Assembly (NCBI GenBank): GCA_964187785.1
Contig: OZ076409.1
Coordinates: 25,112,001-25,176,000, forward strand
Direction: 5' to 3'
Source: Amphiscolops sp. MND2022
Taxonomy: Eukaryota
DNA length: 64,000 nucleotides
Position 1 is the first letter of the stretch. Each line of letters begins with the position of its first letter. The position numbers and the translations under genes are program-made. Under the pieces are notes generated by a model, which saw only the letters and a program-made list of their open reading frames with translations, was not told the DNA's origin and searched no databases. Positions 24,068 to 34,185 of this stretch are shown one piece after another.

Positions 24068-27000
24068 CTAGTATCTGTATTCATCAGTAAAGTTGGGGGT
24101 TGGGTTAGGTCGAAGATTGTATTTCCCTCCTCTAGGGCTCGAATTTTCATTTGAATTTCCTCGTTCCGATATTCCGGGCACGGTAATATCTGCGCCTGTG
24201 TTTGAAACGTTTTCCGTATCTTTTAAATCATTAGTGACGTCATTTTCATTCTCAGTCCCCTTTGGCGTTTCATTCGGCGGGGACGGTTCGTCACTGCTAT
24301 TGTTCTCTCTCGGGGATATTTCGTTCTCGGTAACGTCATATTCTGTCGTGCGCTCGTTGTAACTTTCATTGCTTGCGCGTTCGTTCTCGGTGATGTAATT
24401 GTCCGCATTACTGCACTCGGCGTCCGTCGGCCGGCGTGTGGCCACGTCGGTCCAATTTTCCTTTCTCGGTTCAAATAAGTCGTACTCAAAATCTACTTCC
24501 CATGAGATAGTGTACAAGTCGTCTTGCGGTATTACTATCTCATTATCAGGTTGTAGTTTTTCGCCATCATATTTGTCCTCTAAGGGGGCGTTCGGTACGA
24601 ATTTCTTTAGTCTAATGCGATGAAGTATTTGGGTTTTATTTGTATTTAGACGACGGACAATATAATTGTCGTTGGACAGTACTTTTTGAATGACGAATGG
24701 TCCAATCCACCTGTATTCCTTGAATGGAATTTTTAACCCCTGACTGTCCGCTTTAGGTTGTAGAACAAAACAATAATCCTTTTCTTTAAGCGGGGCAGCT
24801 TTTGCCTTTCGGTCGTAATAGTCCTTATATTTCAAATAAGACTGCATTATGTTCTTTTTTGTTTGATCTATGAGGATTTGTGTCCTCTGCTGTACTTCCT
24901 CCGCAAATTCTGTAGTTGGCAGAAAATTTTTATTGGGGTTATTTCCCAATTTGTGGTCTAGGACGTTATAGGGAATCCGGCCGTGGAAGACTTTACTCGG
25001 TTCACATCCAATACTAGAGTGGTATGTGGTATTGTAGTTGAGTACTGCTAATGGTAAATATTTATGCCATTGGCGTCGATATTCCCCTGAGGCCATTTTC
25101 AAATTTGTTTTGAGTGAGGCATGGGTCCTTTCGAGTTTGCCAATTGTTTGCGGGTGCTTTGTAGTAGCACATTTGAGTGTTATACCTAAAATTTGAGTTA
25201 TCTCAGCTATGATGGTCGATGTAAATGCGGACCCTTTGTCTGTGATGAGAGTTGTTGGTAAATATGAATGTTTCGTCATGATATCAATTATCACCTTGGC
25301 TACATTCGTGGCTGTTGCCTCAATTAGCGGGTAGGCGAATAAGTATCTTGAGAATACATCTATAGCCGTCATCACCGTCTGGTATCCGCCACTAGTCGGT
25401 AAGTTTGGTAATAAGTCTATCTGCATGGCATCTTCTGGACCAAGGTCCCATTCGGGCAAGTTTAACAATTCTGGTGTAATTGTATTATTTGGGACTCTTT
25501 TGTCTCTAGCGCACGTTTCGCAGCCTTCTACCCATTTTTTAACGTATTTTGCTATGCCAGGGTAGTAGTATTTTTGGCGGATCTCTTGCAGCATTTTAGA
25601 GATGCCTGGATGTCGATGTGCCGTGCCATGTATTGCTTGCAGTAGTTCTTTCAACAGGTGCTTTGGCAGTAAGATTTGGTGGTATTTGATTTGTCCCGTT
25701 TCGTCGTAATACTGTCGGGTCACTATTTCGTCCTTGAGGACTATACGGTCTAAGTTATTTAAATAATGTTTATACCGAATGTCCTGCTGAAGGATTTCTT
25801 CAGAGTATTCTTCATTTTGAATTTTTGCTTTTAAATGAAGCAAAATCGGATCTTTGGGTTGTTCTAGTAGTATTTGGTTGGTTCTGCGTAGTTTCTGAGT
25901 GAAATTGGTAATTTCATCTACTACATTTTCAGATATGGTATCGATTTGGATGACGGTCTCATCGACCTTGAGTCCTGCTTTTGATTGTTTTTTCCTTTCC
26001 CAAATTTGTTCTTCTGTTTCATTGTCTTCTTCTGTAAAGAACACTTGTTCTTCTTCAGACACGCCGGCTGATTGGACATTAACATCAATAGGTTGGGTTT
26101 CAACGTCCGCTCGGATTTTTAGGACTAACTTTTCAGTGGGGTCCATTTCCATGCGGGACAGGTAGTCCGCCGCTGTGTTGTTTTTGCCTGGAATGTGCGC
26201 TATAGTGAAATTGAACTGAATAACAAAGTCACACGCGTTCCATAATGGCGGCGGTATTATTTTAGTCTGGAAAAACCTTGTGACTGATTTGTTGTCTGTG
26301 AGGATAATCACCGGCTTAGGCGTGCCCCAGAATATATGTCCAAATTCTTTGAAGGCGTAATAGATGGCTAAAAATTCCTTCGCATAAATTGACATTTTAA
26401 GCTGTGAAGGAGTAAAAGTTTTTGAACCATATGCAATAGGCGCATAGGATTTCTTGACTGAGGTAAATTTCTGATTTGGATCATCTTCAGTAAGTATAGC
26501 ATATCCGGCTGCTGTGAAGCTAGCATCTGTCATCAGGACTAGCTGTCGATTTGGCAAGGGCTGCCTCAGGGCTAGCTGGGTGCATCTGTCCAAATCTCTA
26601 TTGATCTCGTTGAATTGTTCAATTAATTCCGTTGTGACTAAGACCTTTTCGTCCTTCTTTAATAGTTGAAAGAAAGGGACTAATTTTTCTGATAACCTCG
26701 GTATGTAGTTTCTATAATAATTAAGGAATCCGAGGTAACGTTGTAAGGCTTTTTTGGATTTTGGGAATTTCGTTTTTTCTAGGAATTGTATGACTCGTTC
26801 CTTCTGGGGCTTGACACCCTCAGGGGTGATTGTCCTCCCTAAGAAATCAATCTCAGTTGCTCCGAAGTGGCATTTATGCATCGTTAATTTCAATCCAGCC
26901 TCTCGGATGCATTCGAAAGTTGCTCTGAGATTTTTAATGAGATGCTCAGCGTCGTTGGCCGCGATGCCAATATCATCCACGTATTGGGCACATTGATCGA

Positions 27001-29155
27001 CTTTGATGACACGGTCCAAATATTCTCTCATAAAACTGGAGAATGCCGATAAGGCTCTACTGAGACCTTGGGCCAATCTTCGATATGCAAACGTTCGGCT
27101 GGCAAATTTGAAGGCCAACATCTCTATAGACCGTTGGTCCGCCATTTGAAGGCAATGGTACGCTTGCGAACAGTCAAGCTTACAGAAAAGTTTCCTTCCG
27201 GCCATATGTTGTGCAGCGTCCGTTAAGGTGCTGACTGGATGGTTGTTGTTGATATAGTCGTCAGAAATGAGATTGTTGATCTTCCGGAGGTCTACCAGTA
27301 GTCGCAGTTTCCCATTAGGCTTCTTTTGTGCAAAGATAGGGCTAGCGTACTTTGAGAATGGTAATGTTGTTATAATACCATATTTGTGTAGTGACGCTAA
27401 TTCGACCAATATGTCCTCTTTTAAATTGACCGGAGTTGGTAAGCTCTGGCTGTAGGCAGGAGAGTCGTCCTTCGGGGTCAATTTGACCGTGAACTCCTCA
27501 TTCATACCAATGTCAAACCTATGACGGGCAAATATGTCGTGAAATTCGACTAATAGCGCTTCTATCTGTTTGATTTCATGCTGTTGTAGCATTGAGTCCT
27601 TCCAGTCAAAGTTACTGAGGAATTTTTGTCGAGATTCTTCATTGTCTTGTGGATTTAGTTTTTCTGCTTCTTGCAGGTTTCGTAATTCTCTAAGAATTCT
27701 CTTTTGTATTGGAGTATGGGACTCTTCGTCCCCTGGGTTTTCGGGTGTTGGAAACCAGTATTGTTCGTGTTGGTCATTGTTCCTGTTGGCTTTGAGAAGG
27801 CTGCTGATATAATAAATAGCATCTTCTTCATTTTCATTTAGTAGGTGCCAAGTGGACACTGGGTCTATTGGCCTAAAATGTTTCATTTGCTCTGGAGTCA
27901 TCACTGAGAAATTCGCTATGTGCATCCCTTTTTTGAGTTTAAAGGGCTGGTCTGTGAAGTTGTTGACATGGATCCTCGTAGTCCCTTCGTCCAGTGTGAC
28001 TATGGCGGCACAAAATGTCATATCATTTTCTTCGTTTAGAAGGTCACTGGGTTGTAAGATTCCAGTGACAGCGTTTTCTGCATAAATTTGAGATTGGATA
28101 GGGATGATTGTACGTCCATTTGGCGGAATCGTTATATCCTCGGGGTTGAGGATAGGTTCCATTACATTGGAGTACTTATGGTCAGCTGTTTTCAATTGCA
28201 TCGAGAAGAAGGAAAAGTTAAGTATGCCTTGGCGCATATCTAGGACTGTGTGGTTTCTTTGTAAGAACATAAGTCCAATTATGGGGCTGGATAATTTTTC
28301 CATCACTATGAAGATTTCGTGGAACTCTATGTCCCCTACTTCGAACTTCAGTTCTACTGTACTCTTCGGAGTTTCCAGGTCTCCATTTGCGACCATAATT
28401 TGGAATGACGGGGCAGGACCCTCTTTCACTATTGATTGGGGTGCAAGTAGCCGTATTTTCCTAAGGTCAGCTTCTGGTATCGCGCTGGAGTGGGCCCCAG
28501 TGTCTATGAGACCATCTAATGTTAGTTCTCCAAAGTCCATTGGGAAATATAGCATCCGCCTTTTGATTTTGAGGCCAAGGTTGGTAGAGAGGGGAACGTA
28601 TGACGGTTCTCCTTGTTTTTCCACTAGGATGTGCAAGAAGGCTGTTTCGTCTAAAAGGCTGTCGGGGCCTTGAAAGTCTTCTTGCTCTTGAGTTTCCTCT
28701 ATTTCTTCTAAGACTGCTTCGGAATTTGGCTGCCAAAGTTCAATGAGGGCCCTGGATAGTTTGTTGTCCACTATCGGGGGATCGTCCTCGTCGTCCGTTG
28801 GTGGATATTCGTCTTGTCTAAACTGGAGTTTTTGTCTGTCGTAGAGTTCGTCGTCCCAATAAGGGTCTTTGCCGTAATCAGGATCGGGGTATTGAGGGTG
28901 ATAATCTTCGATCAAGGGTAAGGGACGGAATTGAGTCTCGAAGTCTTTAGTATAGTCGATTTCGTAAAATCGGTCTGGGCGATCATTATGTACTATTTTA
29001 TATGTTCGGATATATGCTTGTTCCATCTGTTGCTGCCAGACAACAGTGGGAATTCCTTTTGTATCCTTGATTGTTTGGCTGTATTTGATTATTGGAGGAT
29101 CTGAAATGACATATTGTCGAACCGACATATAGTCATGTATTTGGAGTCGTGGCAA
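24068..29155 (-). CDS. pol: Pol polyprotein: protease, dUTPase-like domain, reverse transcriptase, RNase H, integrase
   Basis: Uninterrupted 1695-codon frame with LIDTGA, QYVDD (26972-26983), MTDAS/KEFLAI/LTDN, integrase H..H..CETC, QIDL/ITDKG/LERT, and a WIGPF module. Confidence 0.98.
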   Translation of the reverse strand: MPRLQIHDYMSVRQYVISDPPIIKYSQTIKDTKGIPTVVWQQQMEQAYIRTYKIVHNDRPDRFYEIDYTKDFETQFRPLPLIEDYHPQYPDPDYGKDPYWDDELYDRQKLQFRQDEYPPTDDEDDPPIVDNKLSRALIELWQPNSEAVLEEIEETQEQEDFQGPDSLLDETAFLHILVEKQGEPSYVPLSTNLGLKIKRRMLYFPMDFGELTLDGLIDTGAHSSAIPEADLRKIRLLAPQSIVKEGPAPSFQIMVANGDLETPKSTVELKFEVGDIEFHEIFIVMEKLSSPIIGLMFLQRNHTVLDMRQGILNFSFFSMQLKTADHKYSNVMEPILNPEDITIPPNGRTIIPIQSQIYAENAVTGILQPSDLLNEENDMTFCAAIVTLDEGTTRIHVNNFTDQPFKLKKGMHIANFSVMTPEQMKHFRPIDPVSTWHLLNENEEDAIYYISSLLKANRNNDQHEQYWFPTPENPGDEESHTPIQKRILRELRNLQEAEKLNPQDNEESRQKFLSNFDWKDSMLQQHEIKQIEALLVEFHDIFARHRFDIGMNEEFTVKLTPKDDSPAYSQSLPTPVNLKEDILVELASLHKYGIITTLPFSKYASPIFAQKKPNGKLRLLVDLRKINNLISDDYINNNHPVSTLTDAAQHMAGRKLFCKLDCSQAYHCLQMADQRSIEMLAFKFASRTFAYRRLAQGLSRALSAFSSFMREYLDRVIKVDQCAQYVDDIGIAANDAEHLIKNLRATFECIREAGLKLTMHKCHFGATEIDFLGRTITPEGVKPQKERVIQFLEKTKFPKSKKALQRYLGFLNYYRNYIPRLSEKLVPFFQLLKKDEKVLVTTELIEQFNEINRDLDRCTQLALRQPLPNRQLVLMTDASFTAAGYAILTEDDPNQKFTSVKKSYAPIAYGSKTFTPSQLKMSIYAKEFLAIYYAFKEFGHIFWGTPKPVIILTDNKSVTRFFQTKIIPPPLWNACDFVIQFNFTIAHIPGKNNTAADYLSRMEMDPTEKLVLKIRADVETQPIDVNVQSAGVSEEEQVFFTEEDNETEEQIWERKKQSKAGLKVDETVIQIDTISENVVDEITNFTQKLRRTNQILLEQPKDPILLHLKAKIQNEEYSEEILQQDIRYKHYLNNLDRIVLKDEIVTRQYYDETGQIKYHQILLPKHLLKELLQAIHGTAHRHPGISKMLQEIRQKYYYPGIAKYVKKWVEGCETCARDKRVPNNTITPELLNLPEWDLGPEDAMQIDLLPNLPTSGGYQTVMTAIDVFSRYLFAYPLIEATATNVAKVIIDIMTKHSYLPTTLITDKGSAFTSTIIAEITQILGITLKCATTKHPQTIGKLERTHASLKTNLKMASGEYRRQWHKYLPLAVLNYNTTYHSSIGCEPSKVFHGRIPYNVLDHKLGNNPNKNFLPTTEFAEEVQQRTQILIDQTKKNIMQSYLKYKDYYDRKAKAAPLKEKDYCFVLQPKADSQGLKIPFKEYRWIGPFVIQKVLSNDNYIVRRLNTNKTQILHRIRLKKFVPNAPLEDKYDGEKLQPDNEIVIPQDDLYTISWEVDFEYDLFEPRKENWTDVATRRPTDAECSNADNYITENERASNESYNERTTEYDVTENEISPRENNSSDEPSPPNETPKGTENENDVTNDLKDTENVSNTGADITVPGISERGNSNENSSPRGGKYNLRPNPTPNFTDEYRY

Positions 29156-29157
29156 AA

Positions 29158-30845
29158 TTAGTTTTTTGAATCAGATTTTTTAGTATTGGGTTGGCTTGAA
29201 GTAGCCGTTTCTGGGTCATTTGCTTTTTTAGGCTTTCCTTCGGAGTCTATAGCATTTCGGTCATTTTGTTCTGTCTGCATCCTTTTGGGTCGCAGGTGGG
29301 CGCCGGCGCCTTGCCAGCACCTTTCGGTTGGGTGGTTCTTTTTGCCACATGTGTCACACGGTGGGTAAGTTGGACGCTGAGGTTTTTTACCGTCTTTGTC
29401 CTCCGTTTCCTTTTTCTTCTTGAGTTTCGGGCAGTTTTTGTAATAGTGACCCGTCGCCTTGCAGTATGAGCATTGGGCGTCTTTATTTGTGTTGATGCCA
29501 TTGGACAGTAAATTGTTATGGCTCGTGGACGCCGAGGCCATAGTGGCCATTGGCAGATCATCTGACTCTTCTAATGCATTGAGTTCCAGTTCTCTTTCAA
29601 GATGAGCAACTATTTCTTCATACGTCCCGTTCTCCAAACGGGCCATGTTGACAGATCGTTTCAGTTTTGGGGGTAATTTCGCGTATAACAAGCTGTCAAT
29701 CATGCTTTTAGCGTTTTCCCCAAATGCTTTTTCTGCACCTTGGTTCAGTTCTTCCAAGAAGTCTGGTAGTTTCATTGTACTTGGATCGAAGTTCAATCGG
29801 TGCCATTTATGCTTTGCCGTTGCTTGTGATTCCGGTTTGACATATTTCCTCCGGAATATGACCAGTACGTCCTCGAGAGTTTGACGGTTGATTGAGTTTA
29901 TGTTCCTGAATGTCTGTAATGCTCCCTTTCGTAGCAAAGAATGAAAGTGATTAATTTTCATTTGTTCTGTCATTGTGGGCTGCATTTTGATCATCGTATG
30001 GAACAAGTCCTCAAAGAGCTCAAATTTTTCACTTTTCCCATCAAATGTCATCGGGGTTGTTTGTACGGGTCTGATGGTCATAGATTGCGGTTTGTTTTGC
30101 AAATTGACCAATACGTCGGCTAGTCTATTAAACGGGTTCTGAGGAGGTTCAGGAGCCTCTGGGGCCGGGGCTGGCAGAGTCGTGTCCAGAGAGATATTGT
30201 GTGTGGATTGTTGTCTCTCTAGGTTCGGGATTGAGTGGATTCGTCCGGTCAGAAATTCGGAATTTGCGGTTGGGTGTCGGTAGCTCCTGTCACCATGTAA
30301 GAACCATGACCCATGGTATCTCTTAAGTCACCTACAGATCTTGAATCTTTCTTTGCAATTTTTATTTTAGGCCCGGGTGCGCTTTCCCTGTTCTCCTGAC
30401 TATTTGGGGACGAACTGGCCTCAGTGTCCCTGTGTCCCATAGAAGACATCGAGTTCGCAATATTCTGGATTTCTGGAATAACTCTTTCAGCTATAGCTGT
30501 TGTTATAGCCCTATTTATTTGGCTATGCATTATTGACACCATAGATTCCATTTCTTGAGACAATCTAAGATTAAACTCACTTGAAAAGGCCTCAAAGGAT
30601 TGCCTGACTTCATTTTGCCTCAAAGGTTCATTTTCATGTAAGTAATCTCTAAACTCATTTTCATGGTACACGTTTGTATCAGCGTCCCCGTGGGCCGACG
30701 ACTGATCTATCGCTTCGGCTAGTTCTCTTTCAATGGGATTATTATTTTCATTTCCCAACATCACGTCTAGGTTATCATAGTCGGACAGCATGTCCATTTC
30801 TCTAGATCTCCTAGCTTTGGCCTTTTGACGTCTAGTAGAAGGCAT
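29158..30845 (-). CDS. gag: Gag (about 560 aa), interrupted by one frameshift near 30258
   Basis: Capsid-like region (TFDGKSEKFELFE) and two CCHC knuckles (CSYCKATGHYYKNC, CDTCGKKNHPTERC). The ORFs 30249-30845 and 29158-30111 join if one base is restored (QIP-EFLTGRIH...). Confidence 0.85.
29161..29167 (-). promoter_or_regulatory. -1 programmed ribosomal frameshift slippery site A_AAA_AAC
   Basis: Heptamer in the gag frame directly before the TAA. The -1 frame is pol, and a downstream hairpin is present. Confidence 0.8.
30278..30295 (-). promoter_or_regulatory. Primer-binding site (TGGTGACAGGAG..., tRNA-Leu-like)
   Basis: TGG immediately after the LTR's terminal CA. tRNA identity is inferred. 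Confidence 0.8.
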
Positions 30846-31824
30846 AAGAGATTATTGCAAGAGGCAAGAATTTAAATTAATATCTCGGGCTTGCAAAGTG
30901 AAAATGAACGGGTAGTTTTAATAAACAATTCGCAACAGTAACGCAACAGTAACGTATCAAAGTATCATCAGTATAATTCTGTCCCCGGGACCACCAGTCC
31001 CGGTTATATATATTTGAATCTACATGACACTCAATAAAATGATGATCATATTCTAAAAATAGCCATAAGGACTTTCTAAATATAGCCAAACGCTATAAAT
31101 AGTAACTAGCATCATCGTGACGTTATACACATCAAAGGGCCTTCCGACCGCTAGAGTAGGCGGGAAGCCTGTGAGTCCATAAGGACAAGCAATAATATAA
31201 AATAGAACACTGTACATGTTTTTCAACTCAACGCTTATCGCATGAATTATATGAATTGCACCCACAATACATATCTAATATCGTTCATGAGTCCCTTAGG
31301 GGCTAATAGTACATTTCATAAATAATCAAAACACTAGTGATCATGTAGTCAGTACCAATAATTATACAGCGCTTTTAATTCAAAAGTGGACTCAGTGTCC
31401 AATGTACTAGAGCGGACTACCGCTTTGTTGACTGGCGGCATATAGCCATCCAGTCCTTTAATCTACTGATATAGTATAGCAGCAAATAAAGATAAATAAT
31501 ACTGCACTGTGATTGGCTGACGAGTTAATCGGACTCGCGGACCAAGGCGACAGGCGAGGAAACATTTGAACGCGTTTCCTTTACCTGTACGCCTTGGTGT
31601 CCAATTAACTCACATACATATTATTAGCGCCTGTACTATAATTTTACTTGTGATTACTTAGTATAAATCGTATAAAATAAAATATAAGATTTTACATGAC
31701 TTTTAAGGCAACAAATATAGTTTTGCTTGTAAGACTTAATTCAGTGGGAGGGTGTTGGGCTGCGCCTTCTTGTAGTTGTGACTAATTGAATAGAGATTTC
31801 CATCACAGGCGGACGCCTGGGACA
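30296..31824 (-). repeat. 5' LTR
   Basis: Direct repeat of 16572-18100. Confidence 0.97.
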
Positions 31825-32114
31825 TGTAAATCTTTAAGGCACTTGCAAATTGGGTTTAACTCAATAACTTCTTGTCTTTTTCTTGTCTCTAAGAAAAGAC
31901 ACAATATCGTATACCACGATTTTATTTCGAACAAATACAACAAATAACTTGAACCAGCTATGGACAAATCAATTTATTCACCATTCACCAATTCATTCCC
32001 TCTCATTGACTATAGCCCAACCCGTCACCAAAGGTTCTACAAATACAAAAAATCGGCAAGTTCAACCAGCTTTAAAGATTTTGACCGAACCAAGAAAGGA
32101 ATCAGAAGTATATT

Positions 32115-32356
32115 CCCGGGTTGATCTAACATTTAGTTAATTCAATGTTTCCATGAAAAACATTTTCTAGTCAGGTTTACAGTTCAAGGCCCTCCATCCA
32201 TGATTAATGGGTCCGCCATGCAGAGAGTCATTATATAATCATAGAAAGATATCCATGACTCACGGATGGAAAACCGTATCTCATAGATGATCATGAATCA
32301 AAAGTCATATGATTTTTTTGTGATCTAGATGTTTTTTCTATGGAGGTCAACCCGGA
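32115..32356. mobile_element. MITE with CCCGGGTTGA termini
   Basis: TIR CCCGGGTTGA / TCAACCCGGA flanked by TT on both sides. A related copy is at 33968-34185. Confidence 0.6.
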
Positions 32357-32602
32357 TTCATCAAAACTTTAAGAGTGATTATAAGTTATATACATATATA
32401 TTTATTGACGAGTTTTGCACAGGTACCAAAAGTTGTTTTTGAATACAGCTTCGAAAATAGATTATTCACCGATTTTACTTCATGATAGATTAGGTATAGA
32501 TGCTTGTCGATTTTTTCGTCATTGTACATCCATGGGTGAGGTAATAATCTCTAGCATCTATATAGAATTTAACTTGAGTTGATCTCAGTTGAAACAGCTT
32601 GG

Positions 32603-32680
32603 TCTGGTCATCACAGTGGAACTCGTGTGCCCTGATTTCAGCTGAAATCAAGGCACACGAATTCCACTGTGATGACCAGA
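32603..32680. repeat. 78-bp near-perfect palindrome
   Basis: 39-bp arms with 2 mismatches and no spacer. Confidence 0.95.
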
Positions 32681-33967
32681 TAAATAGTATATATAATAGA
32701 TATACTAGATATATAATAGATTCAAAAATTTCACAAAATTTTTACGAACGGTACACTTGACGAAATTTTGAGAAAAAGTCGGTGCAGTCTATCAATCGGA
32801 AAACATACGAAAGCGATAAATGGTAACATTTCCAAACTCTTAAACTTAGCTTTTCGCTAAGTCTAAATCTAAAACAGTTTAGAAAAAATCAGAGAAAAAA
32901 GTTTAAAATTCTATTGATGAAAAATTACTAACGCTTTTTTTGCGTTTTCATACGTAGGGGCGCAAGGTGGAGCAAAATTTTATTAGAATCTTGTAAGAAA
33001 TGTTCGACATTTTGAAAAACTGGCAAAATTTGCTATTCTTGAAAAATTTTGAAAAAAAATGCAAAATTGGCAAGAATTTCGGCCAAATTATGTAAAATTA
33101 TGAATTCTGAAAGATAGAAACTAAAGTTATATCTAGAAACTAAACTTTAAGGCGAGAAAACTAACACTTCAAAAAACTATAATCAAATTTCAGTTGCTGA
33201 AAATCTGAAGTCTTGAAAAAATTAGTGTTTTTTGGAAACTGAATTGAACGACAGAGTTACTTCGAATGATCAATTCACTTTTTTTCGACTGTCAATAAAT
33301 TTTTTAATTAATGGTAATGAACATATGGTAGATAAATGATCATTTTAAAAACTATTTTCGGCCTCTGCAAGAATCGCAAATTAAGAAACACATGACGCTG
33401 GAGCCTTATAAGATATACTGAATGCGTTTTCAGATCTCAGCAATAACAGTTGTAGCGAAATTACCTCATAGTTTTTCTTTAATTCACATCTTTGAAATTG
33501 GATAGTCATTTGAATTCATTAAAGACCTAATTAGGTTTTTCTCCAAAAATAAATGACCGATAAACTAAAGAAACGCCCTTTTGCGAGCACCAGATGTGTG
33601 AATGACCGGAAATTTTTTTTCTGCTAACATCGTCACGAATATTTACACCGTTCGATGATTTTTTAATAAAATATTACTATTTTTGAGTTTTTGAAAACTA
33701 TTTCGCAATACAGTCTTTTACCAAAATATTATAAACAAAACAATTGTTTTCCCCTCTCTAAATACGCAGCTCTGCTTTTCAACGTCGGCACCCTTTCAAA
33801 TTTATCTGCCTGCGAGCAATGTTACCATATTTCTCTTCAAATGGCGATGCAATGTTTTTCTAGACGTTGTGGTTCCGAATGGAACGTTTTCAAAAGATGT
33901 TTGTCGAACAATTAGGTAACAAGATAAATTTTCGGTGAGAAGTTAAGTTAAACATGGATGATGTAAA

Positions 33968-34185
33968 CCCGGGTTGATTGAGCATTTAGTTCATACAAAG
34001 TTTCCATTTATGGAAACTAGTTTCCAGAAATAATAAGAAAAAGCTTTATGGCCATCGTATGAAAAGAATATTTTTAATATAGTAATCATTCGACTTGCAT
34101 TTTTCCAATAAAAAATAATTGTAGAAATGAGGTTTTTCCAAGTAACCTTTCAAATAGTAATGAAAAAGCTGAAGGTGAAACCGGG
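33968..34185. mobile_element. Decayed MITE related to 32115-32356
   Basis: Shared 5' end CCCGGGTTGAT..CATTTAGTT and a degenerate right end ...ACCGGG. Confidence 0.45.

Larger units (their letters stand above)
16572..31824 (-). mobile_element. Complete 15,253-bp Ty3/Gypsy LTR retrotransposon with accessory genes
   Basis: Two 1529-bp LTRs (TGTCCC...TTACA on the minus strand), 5-bp TSD TGTAA (16567-16571 and 31825-31829), PBS next to the 5' LTR, PPT next to the 3' LTR, gag and pol. Confidence 0.98.
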
